Shown piece after piece: positions 51,564 through 61,383 of a stretch of 64,000 nucleotides of DNA. Within the stretch, counting starts at the first letter, position 1; each line of letters starts with the position of its first letter. Where the stretch lies: positions 1,536,001-1,600,000 of the forward strand of contig OZ241744.1 in NCBI GenBank assembly GCA_965200965.1. The letters run 5' to 3'. The notes under the pieces are model-generated. The model made no database searches. It had not been told where the DNA came from and saw nothing but the letters and a program-made list of their open reading frames with translations. This DNA is from an uncultured Candidatus Binatia bacterium. Lineage in GTDB: Bacteria > Desulfobacterota > Binatia > Bin18. The translations under genes were made by a program, and so were the position numbers.

Positions 51564-52550
51564 ATGGCCGCGGAAGTTGGCAAAGACAAATTACTCCAGA
51601 TGTACCGCACCATGCAGACCATCCGGCAGTTTGAGGAGCGTCTGCGCGATATCTTCAAAGAAGGCAAAATTCCGGGCTTCGTCCATGTCTCCATCGGCGA
51701 AGAAGCCTCAGCCACCGGCGTGTGTGCCGCCCTGACCAATACGGACTACATCACCAGCACCCACCGGGGCCACGGCCACCTCATCGCCAAAGGCGGCAAG
51801 CTCAAGCCGATGATGGCCGAGATTTACGGCAAGAGCACCGGCTACTGCAAGGGCAAGGGCGGCTCCATGCACATCGCCGACTTTGAGATCGGCATCCTGG
51901 GTGCCAACGGCATTGTCGGGGCCGGCCTGCCGATCGCCACCGGGGCCGGCTTAGCGGCCCAGGTCCGGGGCAGCGACGAGGTAGCGGTATGCTTCTTTGG
52001 CGACGGGGCCTCCAACGAGGGGACCTTCCACGAATCGCTCAACATTGCCTCAGCCTGGAAACTGCCGGTCATCTATGTGTGCGAGAACAATCTGTACGGC
52101 GAGTTCACCGCCGGCAAGGATGTCACCTCGGTCAAAGACATTGCCGACCGGGCCAGAGGCCACGATATGCCCGGCGTGGTCGTCAACGGCAACGATGTAG
52201 TTGAGGTCTACGAGACCACCAGCCAAGCCGTTGCCCGCGCCCGGCGGGGCGAGGGACCAAGCCTGATCGCATGCAAAACCTACCGCTGGGAAGGCCATGT
52301 AGTGGGCGAAGAAGCCTTTATGGGCGACAAAAGCTATCGCCCCAAGGATGAGATCGAAGAGTGGAAAAAACGCTGCCCACTCATTACCTTTGAGGAGCGC
52401 TTTGTGCCGGCCGGGGTAGTCAGCCAGACCGATATTGACGCGATTCGGGCCGAAGTCAGCAGCGTTATTGACGAGGCGATCGCCTTTGCCGAGGACAGCC
52501 CGCTGCCGGCCCCCGAAGAAGCTCTCAACGATATGTTCTCAGCCGCCTGA
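51564..52550 (+). CDS. TPP-dependent 2-oxoacid/acetoin dehydrogenase E1 alpha
   Basis: STHRGHGH, GKGGSMH, GDGASNEG...N and TYRWEGH. Confidence 0.92.
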   Translation: MAAEVGKDKLLQMYRTMQTIRQFEERLRDIFKEGKIPGFVHVSIGEEASATGVCAALTNTDYITSTHRGHGHLIAKGGKLKPMMAEIYGKSTGYCKGKGGSMHIADFEIGILGANGIVGAGLPIATGAGLAAQVRGSDEVAVCFFGDGASNEGTFHESLNIASAWKLPVIYVCENNLYGEFTAGKDVTSVKDIADRARGHDMPGVVVNGNDVVEVYETTSQAVARARRGEGPSLIACKTYRWEGHVVGEEAFMGDKSYRPKDEIEEWKKRCPLITFEERFVPAGVVSQTDIDAIRAEVSSVIDEAIAFAEDSPLPAPEEALNDMFSAA

Positions 52551-52570
52551 CAGCCCAAGGAGACACCCCC

Positions 52571-53539
52571 ATGCCGACTGTTTCATTCATCCAAGCGATC
52601 AACTCAGCCCTGGCCGAAGAACTCAGACACGACCCGCGCACCTTTCTCATGGGCCTTGATGTGTGGGTCGGTGCGTTTGGCGCGACCGGCGGCCTGACCG
52701 ACGAGTTCGGCCCCCAGCGCATCCGCAACGCCCCGATTTCAGAAGCCGGCTATGCTGGGGCCGGGATTGGCGCGGCTATGGCCGGAATGCGGCCGATTGT
52801 CGAAATTGAGTTTGCCAGCTTCTTCTACTGCTGCTGGGATCAAGTGTGCAACCAGGCGGCCAAACTGCGCTACATGTCAGGCGGCCAAGCCGATATTCCG
52901 ATCACCTTTCGGACCGTGTACGGCGCGCTCGGCTCAGCCGCGGCCCAGCACTCAGAGACCGTCTACGCCCAGTTCATGAGCGTACCCGGCCTGAAAATTG
53001 TCGCTCCGTCCGACCCCTACGACATGAAGGGCCTGCTCAAGAGCGCCATCCGCGACAACAACCCGGTGCTGGTCTTTGAGCATATGGGCCTGGGGCGGGC
53101 CAAACAGGAGATTCCCGACCAGGAATATCTCGTATCCATCGGCACAGGCGAGGTCAAACGCGAAGGCTCCGATGTGACCGTGGTCGGGGTCGGCCTGATG
53201 GTCTCCAAAGCCCTCAAGGCGGCCACCGCCCTGGCCGACGAGGGCGTGTCGGTCGAGGTCCTTGACCCGCGCACCCTGGTGCCGCTCGACGAGGACATTA
53301 TTCTCAACTCGGTAGCCAAAACGCACAAAGTCCTGGTAGTTGACGAGGGCCATCTGCGCTGTGGCGCGGCCTCAGAGATTGCCGCGGTGATTGCCGACAA
53401 AGGCTTTGACTCGCTCGACGCCCCGGTCAAGCGGCTGACCGCCTACGATGTGCCTATTCCCTACAGCCCGCCGATGGAAAAATTTGTCCTGCCTGACGAG
53501 CAGAAAATTGCCGCCGCGGTCAAAGAACTCATGGCCTGA
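52571..53539 (+). CDS. 2-oxoacid/acetoin dehydrogenase E1 beta
   Basis: NAPISEAG, AAQHSE, KREGSDVT and DPRTLVPLD. Confidence 0.92.
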   Translation: MPTVSFIQAINSALAEELRHDPRTFLMGLDVWVGAFGATGGLTDEFGPQRIRNAPISEAGYAGAGIGAAMAGMRPIVEIEFASFFYCCWDQVCNQAAKLRYMSGGQADIPITFRTVYGALGSAAAQHSETVYAQFMSVPGLKIVAPSDPYDMKGLLKSAIRDNNPVLVFEHMGLGRAKQEIPDQEYLVSIGTGEVKREGSDVTVVGVGLMVSKALKAATALADEGVSVEVLDPRTLVPLDEDIILNSVAKTHKVLVVDEGHLRCGAASEIAAVIADKGFDSLDAPVKRLTAYDVPIPYSPPMEKFVLPDEQKIAAAVKELMA

Positions 53540-53568
53540 GCAGCACATACCTAGAGAAGGGAGTTGCC

Positions 53569-54792
53569 GTGGCAGCCGAAGTTGTCATGCCCAAGTTCGG
53601 CCTTACAATGGTTGAGGGCACGATCCAACGCTGGTTCAAAAACGAGGGCGAGGCCATCAACGAGGGCGAGGCCCTGTTTGAGGTTGAAACCGAAAAAGTC
53701 CTCTACGAGGTCGAATCAACGGCGAGTGGTGTGGTTGCCAAACTGCTGTACGGCCTCGAAGCGGTTGTTCCAGTCGGCCTGCCGGTCGCGGTGATTGCCG
53801 AAGCCGGCGAAGACATAGTTGAGGTGGCCGCCGGCTACAGCGACGGCACTCCCGCTGCGCCGGCTACCACCAGCCCGGCAGCCTCCCCGCCGCGGAGCAG
53901 CGGCAGCGCCGCGTCGGCCGCGGCTGACGGCCAACGAACGCCCGTCACCCCCGCCGCCCGCAAACTCGCCGCCCAGCACCACATTGACCCCGCCAGCCTG
54001 ACCGGCACCGGTCCCGGCGGGCGCATCACCAGGGAGGATGTCCAGCAGGCTGTTGACAGCCCCACACCGGCCCCACCGCCAGCCCTAACTCCAGCGGCCC
54101 CAGCCCCCGCGGCAAGCCAGTCAGTCCCGCTGCGCGGGATGCGCAAAGTGATTGCCGAGCGCATGCACAAGAGCCTCCAGAACACCGCCCAGCTCACCCT
54201 GACGACCGAGGTCGATGTGACCCAGCTCATCGAGCGGCGTGAACAAGTCCGGCGCGCCTTCAACACCACCTACAACGACTTCATCATCCAGGCCTGCGCC
54301 CACGCCCTGCTTCAGCATCCGCGTATGAACGCCTCGCTCGAAGGGGACGCGATCCAACTCCATCGCGCTGTCCATGTCGGTTTTGCGGTAGCGCTTGACG
54401 AGGGCTTAATCGTCCCGGTTATCCATGACGCTGACAAAAAGCCGCTCAAGATCATCGCCGAGGAGGCGCGCGCGCTGGCCGAGAAAGCGCGGGCCGGCAC
54501 GCTCAAGCTCGAAGAGGTCAGCCGCGGCACCTTCACCGTTTCAAACCTGGGCATGGCCGGCGTTGACGCCTTTACCCCGATCCTCAACTCGCCCCAGACC
54601 GGGATTCTGGGTGTCGGCCGCATCGGTGACAAACCCGTCGTGTATCAGGGTGAAATCGCCAAACGCTCAATGCTGGTCTTGAGCCTGACCTTTGACCACC
54701 GGGTGATTGACGGCGCACCGGCCGGCGCGTTCTTAGGCAGCGTGGCCGAGTTGCTGTCGCACGGCAACCGCATTGCCCTGGCGGTGGACTAG
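53569..54792 (+). CDS. Dihydrolipoamide acyltransferase E2
   Basis: Lipoyl domain (EVETEK), PSBD (GTGPGGRIT), TFTVSNLG and DHRVIDG. Confidence 0.92.
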   Translation: MAAEVVMPKFGLTMVEGTIQRWFKNEGEAINEGEALFEVETEKVLYEVESTASGVVAKLLYGLEAVVPVGLPVAVIAEAGEDIVEVAAGYSDGTPAAPATTSPAASPPRSSGSAASAAADGQRTPVTPAARKLAAQHHIDPASLTGTGPGGRITREDVQQAVDSPTPAPPPALTPAAPAPAASQSVPLRGMRKVIAERMHKSLQNTAQLTLTTEVDVTQLIERREQVRRAFNTTYNDFIIQACAHALLQHPRMNASLEGDAIQLHRAVHVGFAVALDEGLIVPVIHDADKKPLKIIAEEARALAEKARAGTLKLEEVSRGTFTVSNLGMAGVDAFTPILNSPQTGILGVGRIGDKPVVYQGEIAKRSMLVLSLTFDHRVIDGAPAGAFLGSVAELLSHGNRIALAVD

Positions 54793-54865
54793 CCTGGGGT
54801 GCAGCCCCACGCACCGGCCAAGCCCTGACTTGTGACCTGAGCCGCGTGCGGGCCGCCCGCGCCCC

Positions 54866-55258
54866 TCAGCCTTCTCCCTCAGCCACTACCTGAGCCTCGG
54901 CCAGCGTCGCCGTATGCGTCAGCGCAAGGTGTAAACGGCGAACGCCGAGCGAGGCGGCGTGGGCTGTGGCCCGACCGGACAGAAGAATCTCCGGCCGTGC
55001 TCCTGGCCGCCGCCTCACCTCAATATCAAGCCAGCCGAGTTGCGCTCCCCAGCCCAGGCCAAGCGCCTTCATGACGGCCTCCTTGGCCGCAAAACGGGCG
55101 GCATAACTCTCGTAGACACCGCTCCCCCGCCGCTCACAGTAGGTCTGCTCGCCAAGCGTAAAGATGCGGTCACGAAAACGCCGGCCGCTGCGCGGATTGT
55201 CAAGGGCGGACCGAATCCGTTCGACCTCGGTCAGGTCAGTGCCAATGGCAACGATCAT
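54866..55258 (-). CDS. acpS: Holo-ACP synthase
   Basis: IGTDLTEVERI, AARFAAKEAVMKALG and LALTH. Confidence 0.92.
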   Translation of the reverse strand: MIVAIGTDLTEVERIRSALDNPRSGRRFRDRIFTLGEQTYCERRGSGVYESYAARFAAKEAVMKALGLGWGAQLGWLDIEVRRRPGARPEILLSGRATAHAASLGVRRLHLALTHTATLAEAQVVAEGEG

Positions 55259-55274
55259 GGACTGCGCCGGGCTT

Positions 55275-57038
55275 TTAGCACGCACCGCAGGTGTGGCAGG
55301 TGCTCACGTCACACGGCGGGGTTTGTCGTCCTGACAGCGCTTTGCGCCACTCAACCCGCAGATAATGTTTGCTGACCGCATGATCGATGAAATCCCACGG
55401 CAACAGCTCATGGGCGTCGTAGCGGCGATGGACAAAGAAATCCGGGTTGGGGCTGAGCGAACACTGGGCGGAGGGCGATGTGGGCGACCGCCGCTGCTGC
55501 TGAATGACCCTCCACCAGTCACCGCCGGCGCGGTGCATCGCCAGCAGCAGCCCCCCGGTCCGGCGGTCGCCCCGAGACAGCAAGGTCTGGTAGTAGGCTT
55601 CGCGGGGCGATTCGGTATCAACCCGTAGCCGCGGCAGGCCGGCCAGCCGCTTGCGGAGCCCGCTCAGCTTGGCCCGCAGGCCGCCGAGCGACTCCATCGG
55701 CTCCCATTGCAGGGGCGTCCACGGCTTGGGCGAGAAGGCGTTGACCGACAGGGTAAGGCTCCCGACGACCGCGCCGCTGGCCCGCACGCGCGCGTAAATG
55801 TTGCGGCTTAAGTCGGCAATCGCCTCAACATCCTCTTGCGCCTCGGTCGGCAGACCAAGCATGAAATACAGCTTGAGCGATTGCACCCCGCCGCCGACCA
55901 GCCACTCGGCGGCGCGTAGGATTTCGGGCTCGGTCAGGTTTTTGTTGATCAGCCGTCGCATCCGCTCTGAGCCGGCTTCCGGGGCCAAGGTGACTGAGTG
56001 ATTCTTATTGTCCCCGAGAGCGGCGGCCAACTCCCGGCTCACCATGTCGGCCTTGAGCGATGAGGGCGAGGCCCGCCCGCCGGCTTGGCCGATGAACTGG
56101 CACAGACCGGCAATCCCTGGCTGGCTGGCCATCTCGGCACCGACTAAGCCGATGGTTGAGCGCTCCTTGAGGCCGGCTGTCACCTGCTGTTTGAGATGTT
56201 CGACGCTCCGATAGCGGACCGGTCGATACATGTAGCCGGCGGCGCAAAAACGGCAGCCCCACTCGCAGCCCCGGCTGGTTTCGATCAGGTACATGTCGCC
56301 GAAGATGGCTTCCGGGGTGAGGAGCTGGGAGCGGGTCGGGGAGGCGTCCAGATCCCGGACCAGTCGCCGGCGCACACTCGGCCGCCCGGGACCGCTGTAG
56401 TCGAGCCGGGTCAAGGGTCCGTCGTCGTCATAGTGGGGCCTGAACTGGGACGGCAGGTAGGCCCCATCTAGGGTGCTCAGATGCTGGAGCCGCTCGGACC
56501 GGCTCAGGCCGGCCGTTCGGAGCTGGGCGTAGCGATCCAGGAACTCTGGAATCATGTCCTCACCCTCGCCGATCAGAAACAGGTCAATAAAGTCGGCGAC
56601 CGGTTCGGGGTTGAGAAAGGTGGCCGGCCCCCCGGCGATGACCAGCGGATGCCGGTCCTGTCGCTCCGCGGCGAGGAGCGACAGGTGGGCGGCGGCCAGG
56701 ATATCGAGGATGTGGAGATAGTCAGTTTCAAAAGACAGGGAGAAGGCTAGGAGCTCGAAATCGGCCAGGGGCCGCTGGCTCTCCAGAGAGGCGAGCGGGG
56801 TGCGGGTTCGGCTCAGCGCGGCGGCTTCGTCGGGGTCGGGCAGAAACGCCCGCTCGCAGCGGCAGTGGGGATCTTGGGAAAAAATCCGGTAGGCGGCCTG
56901 AAAGCCGAGGTTGGCCATCCCAACCGGGTAGCGGTTGGGATAGATCAGGCAGACGGGCGACTCGCCGTCCGGACTAGCTGAGAACAGCCGGGTTTCAGCC
57001 GCCAGACGGCGGCGGGCGCGCTCTGTCGTCAACCACAT
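55275..57038 (-). CDS. Radical SAM protein with a B12-binding-like N-terminal domain
   Basis: YPNRYPVGMANLG, ERAFLP, NPEPVADF, RGCEWGCRFC (CX3CX2C), APEAGSERMR and LPWD. Confidence 0.88.
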   Translation of the reverse strand: MWLTTERARRRLAAETRLFSASPDGESPVCLIYPNRYPVGMANLGFQAAYRIFSQDPHCRCERAFLPDPDEAAALSRTRTPLASLESQRPLADFELLAFSLSFETDYLHILDILAAAHLSLLAAERQDRHPLVIAGGPATFLNPEPVADFIDLFLIGEGEDMIPEFLDRYAQLRTAGLSRSERLQHLSTLDGAYLPSQFRPHYDDDGPLTRLDYSGPGRPSVRRRLVRDLDASPTRSQLLTPEAIFGDMYLIETSRGCEWGCRFCAAGYMYRPVRYRSVEHLKQQVTAGLKERSTIGLVGAEMASQPGIAGLCQFIGQAGGRASPSSLKADMVSRELAAALGDNKNHSVTLAPEAGSERMRRLINKNLTEPEILRAAEWLVGGGVQSLKLYFMLGLPTEAQEDVEAIADLSRNIYARVRASGAVVGSLTLSVNAFSPKPWTPLQWEPMESLGGLRAKLSGLRKRLAGLPRLRVDTESPREAYYQTLLSRGDRRTGGLLLAMHRAGGDWWRVIQQQRRSPTSPSAQCSLSPNPDFFVHRRYDAHELLPWDFIDHAVSKHYLRVEWRKALSGRQTPPCDVSTCHTCGAC

Positions 57039-57103
57039 GACGCGACAATCCGTCCAATAGTGTCAGGGCAAGCCACACCGCCAAGTGCGTGCGGCGCGCG
57101 GAC

Positions 57104-58312
57104 TCATTTGGCCTGCTTGCGCAAAAACGCCGGGATATCGTACTTGTCGGTGGCTTCGGTGGCGGGCGTCGTCCCGGCCGGGTCCACGGCCGGGGGGTCG
57201 GCCTGCTGCCTGCGCTGCCAAGTCGGCGTCTCGAGCTCGTCATCGACAAGCGTGCCGAGGTGGACGACTTTGCGCGGTCCGGCCGGGGGTCGCCGGCTCG
57301 CCCGCACCGAGCCGAGCGGCGGCCGGGGGATGGCCGGGGGCCGGTGCTCAAACTCGGCCTCGCCAAAGCCGGTAGCGATGACTGTAATTGAGAGGTCTTC
57401 TCCCATTGACTCATCAATCACCGCGCCGAAGATGATGTTGGCCTCTTCGTCAGCCTCGTCCTGGATGAGCGTGGCTGCCTCGTTGACCTCGTGCAAGGTC
57501 AGGCTCGGTCCGCCGGTCACATTGATGAGCACGCCTTTTGCCCCACGGATAGAAATATCTTCCAGCAGCGGGCTGGCAATCGCCCGGCGTGAGGCTTCCT
57601 CGGCCCGGCCTTCACCGTTGGCCGTTGCCGCCCCCATAATGGCCATCCCCATCTCGGCCATAATCGTCCGCACATCGGCAAAATCGAGGTTAATCAGGCC
57701 GCCGACCGTAATCAGATCGGCAATACCGCGCACCGCTTGGAGGAGCACATCGTCGGCCTTGTGGAAGGCTTCAAGCAGCGGCTGGCTGCGGTTGGCCACG
57801 GCTAGCAGCCGCTGATTGGGAATCGAGATCAGGGTATCGACGTTGTCTTTGAGCTCGCGAATCCCTTCTTCGGCTTGGCGCATACGCTTCCTGCCCTCAA
57901 ACAGAAAGGGTTTGGTGACAACGCCAACGGTGAGCGCTCCGGCCTCTTTGGCGATCCGGGCCACGACCGGTGCCCCTCCGGTACCTGTGCCGCCACCCAT
58001 ACCCGCGGTGACAAAAACCATATCGGCCCCCAGCAGGTGTTCACTGATCTCTTCCTCGCTCTCAATCGTCGAGCGACGGCCGATTTCGGGATTCGCCCCG
58101 GCACCCAGCCCTTTGGTCAACTCGCTGCCGGTCTGAACCTTGGTCGGTGCCAGATTCATGTGCAGGGCCTGGGCGTCGGTGTTCGCGACGATAAAGTCAA
58201 CTCCGACCAAGCCGGCACTGATCATGGTATTGACGGCATTCCCTCCTCCCCCGCCAACACCGACGATGCGGATCTGCGCCCCACCTCTCTCATTCTCCAC
58301 AAACTCAATCAT
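57104..58312 (-). CDS. ftsZ: Cell division protein FtsZ
   Basis: [23 protein letters not shown] and the C-terminal DIPAFLRKQ. Confidence 0.98.
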   Translation of the reverse strand: MIEFVENERGGAQIRIVGVGGGGGNAVNTMISAGLVGVDFIVANTDAQALHMNLAPTKVQTGSELTKGLGAGANPEIGRRSTIESEEEISEHLLGADMVFVTAGMGGGTGTGGAPVVARIAKEAGALTVGVVTKPFLFEGRKRMRQAEEGIRELKDNVDTLISIPNQRLLAVANRSQPLLEAFHKADDVLLQAVRGIADLITVGGLINLDFADVRTIMAEMGMAIMGAATANGEGRAEEASRRAIASPLLEDISIRGAKGVLINVTGGPSLTLHEVNEAATLIQDEADEEANIIFGAVIDESMGEDLSITVIATGFGEAEFEHRPPAIPRPPLGSVRASRRPPAGPRKVVHLGTLVDDELETPTWQRRQQADPPAVDPAGTTPATEATDKYDIPAFLRKQAK

Positions 58313-58355
58313 CTCGCACCTCCTTGCTGAGTCTCCCCACCGGGAAGCCTACGCG

Positions 58356-59585
58356 CTAAAAAAAATCTCGCATCCACTCCACCACCCGTTCCCAAACGCG
58401 CTGCCATCCTCGACCATAACGGGTAGGCACGATATTGTTCTGCTGTCCTTTCTGTGTGCCAGACAGGATAAGCCCTACACCAGTCGCATACATGGAGCTG
58501 TTCCGCTCGTCAACAAGGCCGTCCAGATACTGCGGCCTGCCGCGCCTAGCGGGCACCCGGAAAATCCGCTCGGCCAGCTCGGGCAGGCCGGCCAGGATGG
58601 CTCCGCCACCGGTCAGCACCAAGCCGGAGCCGAGTTTGTCAAGCAGGCCGGCCATTTCAATCTGCTCCTTGGCCAAGTGGAGAATTTCTTCGGCCCGGGG
58701 TTCGATGATTTCCCCCAAGCGTCGTCGCAGCAGCTGCACCGGCTCACGTCCGCCGAGCCGCGGCAGCTCGATCGTTTCGCCGGGCAGGATCAGATCCATC
58801 AGCGCGCAGCCGTGCTGGTGTTTGAGTTTTTCTGCCTCGGCCAGCGGCGTGCGCAAGCCGGCCGCCAAGTCATTGGTGATATTATGGCCGCCGAGCCGTA
58901 ACACCGCGGTGTGATGGGGCACGCCGTGGGCAAAGACAATCACCCCCGTTGTTCCGCCCCCAATATCGAGCAGGGCTACCCCCATCTCCTTCTCTTCCGG
59001 GGTAAGCACGGCTTCGGCCGCGGCAAGAGCGGTGAAATACAGCCGATGCAGAGCCAGACCGGCCCGCTCACAGCACTTGGTGATGGTGTGGACAGCGCTG
59101 CTGGCCACCGCCACCAGATGGACTGCGGCTTCGAGACGCACTCCGGAGCTGCCAATCGGATTATTACCCCGGTCCTGGCTGTCAACCAGGAATTCTTGGG
59201 GCATAACGTGCAGGATCTCACAGTCGGCGGGCAGGGCGCGGGTGCGGGCCACCTCGATGACCCGACGCAGGTCCTCGGCCCGCACCTCCTGATCTTCGAC
59301 GAGGACGAGGCCCTGGCTGGTAATACCGTCAAGGTAGCCGCCGACAATGCCGCTGCTGACCTCGTGGATGTCGCAGTTGGCCCCGGTTTGGACTTCCTCA
59401 ACGGCTTTCCGAATGGCCCGCACGGTGGTGTCAACGTTGAGAATCATGCCCTTGCGCAACCCCCGGGACAGAGCGCTGCCGACGCCCAGAATCTCCAGCC
59501 CCTCAAGACTCTGCCGGGCCGCAATTACCGTAGTTTTGTAGCTCCCGATATCAAGACTCACCAGGAGAGCAGCATCCTTGGGCAT
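58356..59585 (-). CDS. ftsA: Cell division protein FtsA
   Basis: LDIGSYK, LDIGGGTT, AEKLK, VLTGGGA, YATGVGL and the amphipathic C-terminus WMRDFF. Confidence 0.95.
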   Translation of the reverse strand: MPKDAALLVSLDIGSYKTTVIAARQSLEGLEILGVGSALSRGLRKGMILNVDTTVRAIRKAVEEVQTGANCDIHEVSSGIVGGYLDGITSQGLVLVEDQEVRAEDLRRVIEVARTRALPADCEILHVMPQEFLVDSQDRGNNPIGSSGVRLEAAVHLVAVASSAVHTITKCCERAGLALHRLYFTALAAAEAVLTPEEKEMGVALLDIGGGTTGVIVFAHGVPHHTAVLRLGGHNITNDLAAGLRTPLAEAEKLKHQHGCALMDLILPGETIELPRLGGREPVQLLRRRLGEIIEPRAEEILHLAKEQIEMAGLLDKLGSGLVLTGGGAILAGLPELAERIFRVPARRGRPQYLDGLVDERNSSMYATGVGLILSGTQKGQQNNIVPTRYGRGWQRVWERVVEWMRDFF

Positions 59586-59599
59586 GGTCTTTCTTCTCC

Positions 59600-60442
59600 C
59601 TAGGCAGATCCCACACGGGTCGGAGTCCGGCCGGGAGTCGGCACGGGACGAACCACTACCTGATTCCGAAAGCGGGCGTCAAACACGGCCGCCGGTCCAG
59701 CAACCGGCCAAGTTTCAAGGACCTGCCCGACGCGGGCCAGTTTTTCGGGCCGTGTTTCCCGGCCGACCCGGATCGTGACCTGTCGCTGGGCCAGAAACAG
59801 GGTATAGCCCATATCCTGATCCCAGTGAATTTCAGACAGCTGTTCCCGCCACAGCCGGCTCACCGCCAACAGGCGCGGGACGCCGGCCAGTGCAAGGCGG
59901 GCGGCGGGATCATCCAGCCGCAGGTCGGCCAGACCGCTGACATGAGGCAGGTCAAGACGGCCGGCTGGAAGTTCTGGATCAAAAAAGCAGCCGCCGTGCT
60001 GATCAAGATAGGCTAGCTGCGGGCTTTGGACAACGGCGACAGGTCGGCGGGCCTCGACTCGAATGTGAACGGCGTTGGGCAGCCGGCGGGCGACCGTGGC
60101 CCGGGCGATCCTAGGATGGCTGAGGAGCCGGGTTTCGACCTGCTGGCAATCAAGCTCAAACACCGGCATACCGAAACGAATACCGCTCCAACGCCGGATA
60201 TCAGTCTGCGACATTTGTCCGTCGGTGTGGACGACAATCTGCTGTACGGCAAAATAGGGCTGGTGGACGACAAAGCGGACCAGCGCTGCCCCCCACACCC
60301 ACAGTCCGGCCAACAGACCTATGAAGACTAGCAGCCCACCGCTCCGGCGGAGCCGGCCGAGCGAGCTGGCTGGGCGCGGTCTCAGCGCTGGCAGCGGCAT
60401 CCCTGGGCCGGCTTGAGAAACGGCAGACGGCCTGTGTTTCAC
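59600..60442 (-). CDS. ftsQ: Cell division protein FtsQ
   Basis: Single TM, POTRA domain (HPRIARATVARRLPN) and DARFRNQVVV; between ddl and ftsA. Confidence 0.85.
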   Translation of the reverse strand: MKHRPSAVSQAGPGMPLPALRPRPASSLGRLRRSGGLLVFIGLLAGLWVWGAALVRFVVHQPYFAVQQIVVHTDGQMSQTDIRRWSGIRFGMPVFELDCQQVETRLLSHPRIARATVARRLPNAVHIRVEARRPVAVVQSPQLAYLDQHGGCFFDPELPAGRLDLPHVSGLADLRLDDPAARLALAGVPRLLAVSRLWREQLSEIHWDQDMGYTLFLAQRQVTIRVGRETRPEKLARVGQVLETWPVAGPAAVFDARFRNQVVVRPVPTPGRTPTRVGSA

Positions 60443-61383
60443 TCTGCCCTCCCGTGGCTCTGGAGACCGGCGCACTGCAAAATAGCCTCGACCAGGGCCC
60501 CATAGTCGAGTCCGGCGTGGGCGGCAATACGCGGCAAATAGCTGAGTTCGGTCAGTCCGGGGAGGGAGTTCACCTCGAGAACAAAAATCTGTCCGTGTTC
60601 GGTCACCCGCGTGTCAACCCGACTATAGCCGCGGCAACCTAGTGCCCGGTGTGCCTCAAGAGCGATCTTCAGCACTTGGTCATACACCTCGGGCGCAAGC
60701 GGTGCGGGCATCAGGAACTCCTCTCGACCGGCCGTATACTTGACCTCGTAGGAGTGAAACTCTCCCTTGGCAATCACCTCCATCGCCCCCAGCGTTTGCT
60801 CGCCCAGAATCCCGACCGTCACTTCTTGCCCGTAAATATAGGCCTCAACCAAGCTGACCGCCTCAAACCGGGACGCCTCGGTCAGAGCGTCGGGCAGGCT
60901 CTGGCCGGACCGAACAATACTCACCCCCATACTCGAGCCCTCGGCACTCGGTTTCACCACAACCGGAAACGACAAGTTGCTCAGCTTCCACTCCGCCGTC
61001 TGTGTGTCTATCACCTCCCAGGCCGGGGTCGGAATCCTGTGGGTCTGCCATATCCGTTTGGCCAGAGGCTTATTCATGGCCAGTGCGCTGGCCAATATAC
61101 CCGACCCGGTATACGGAACTCCCAGCACCTCCAGGACGGCCTGGACCGTGCCGTCCTCACCGAATTTTCCGTGCAGGGCGATAAACGCCACATCGACCTG
61201 GCGCACCTGGGTCAACCATCCGCCGTCGGCCTCAACCTCAATGCTGACCACATCGTAACCGAGGCCGCGCAGCGCTTCACACACCGCGCCACCGGTCCGC
61301 AGCGAAATTTCACGCTCGGCCGACACACCGCCCAGCAGCACTCCAACCGTTTTTTCGCGCCACCGAGGGGTCGTAACGCTCAT
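60439..61383 (-). CDS. ddl: D-alanine--D-alanine ligase
   Basis: GGVSAEREIS, HGKFGEDG, EGSSMG and LEVNSLPG. Confidence 0.96.
   Translation of the reverse strand: MSVTTPRWREKTVGVLLGGVSAEREISLRTGGAVCEALRGLGYDVVSIEVEADGGWLTQVRQVDVAFIALHGKFGEDGTVQAVLEVLGVPYTGSGILASALAMNKPLAKRIWQTHRIPTPAWEVIDTQTAEWKLSNLSFPVVVKPSAEGSSMGVSIVRSGQSLPDALTEASRFEAVSLVEAYIYGQEVTVGILGEQTLGAMEVIAKGEFHSYEVKYTAGREEFLMPAPLAPEVYDQVLKIALEAHRALGCRGYSRVDTRVTEHGQIFVLEVNSLPGLTELSYLPRIAAHAGLDYGALVEAILQCAGLQSHGRAE

Noticed and set aside
53848-54120. Pro/Ala-rich low-complexity tracts in E2
   Set aside because: These are the normal flexible linkers of dihydrolipoamide acyltransferases.
55450-55490. Possible degenerate GGGCGA-type repeats in a radical SAM loop
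   Set aside because: Too irregular to distinguish from GC-rich background.
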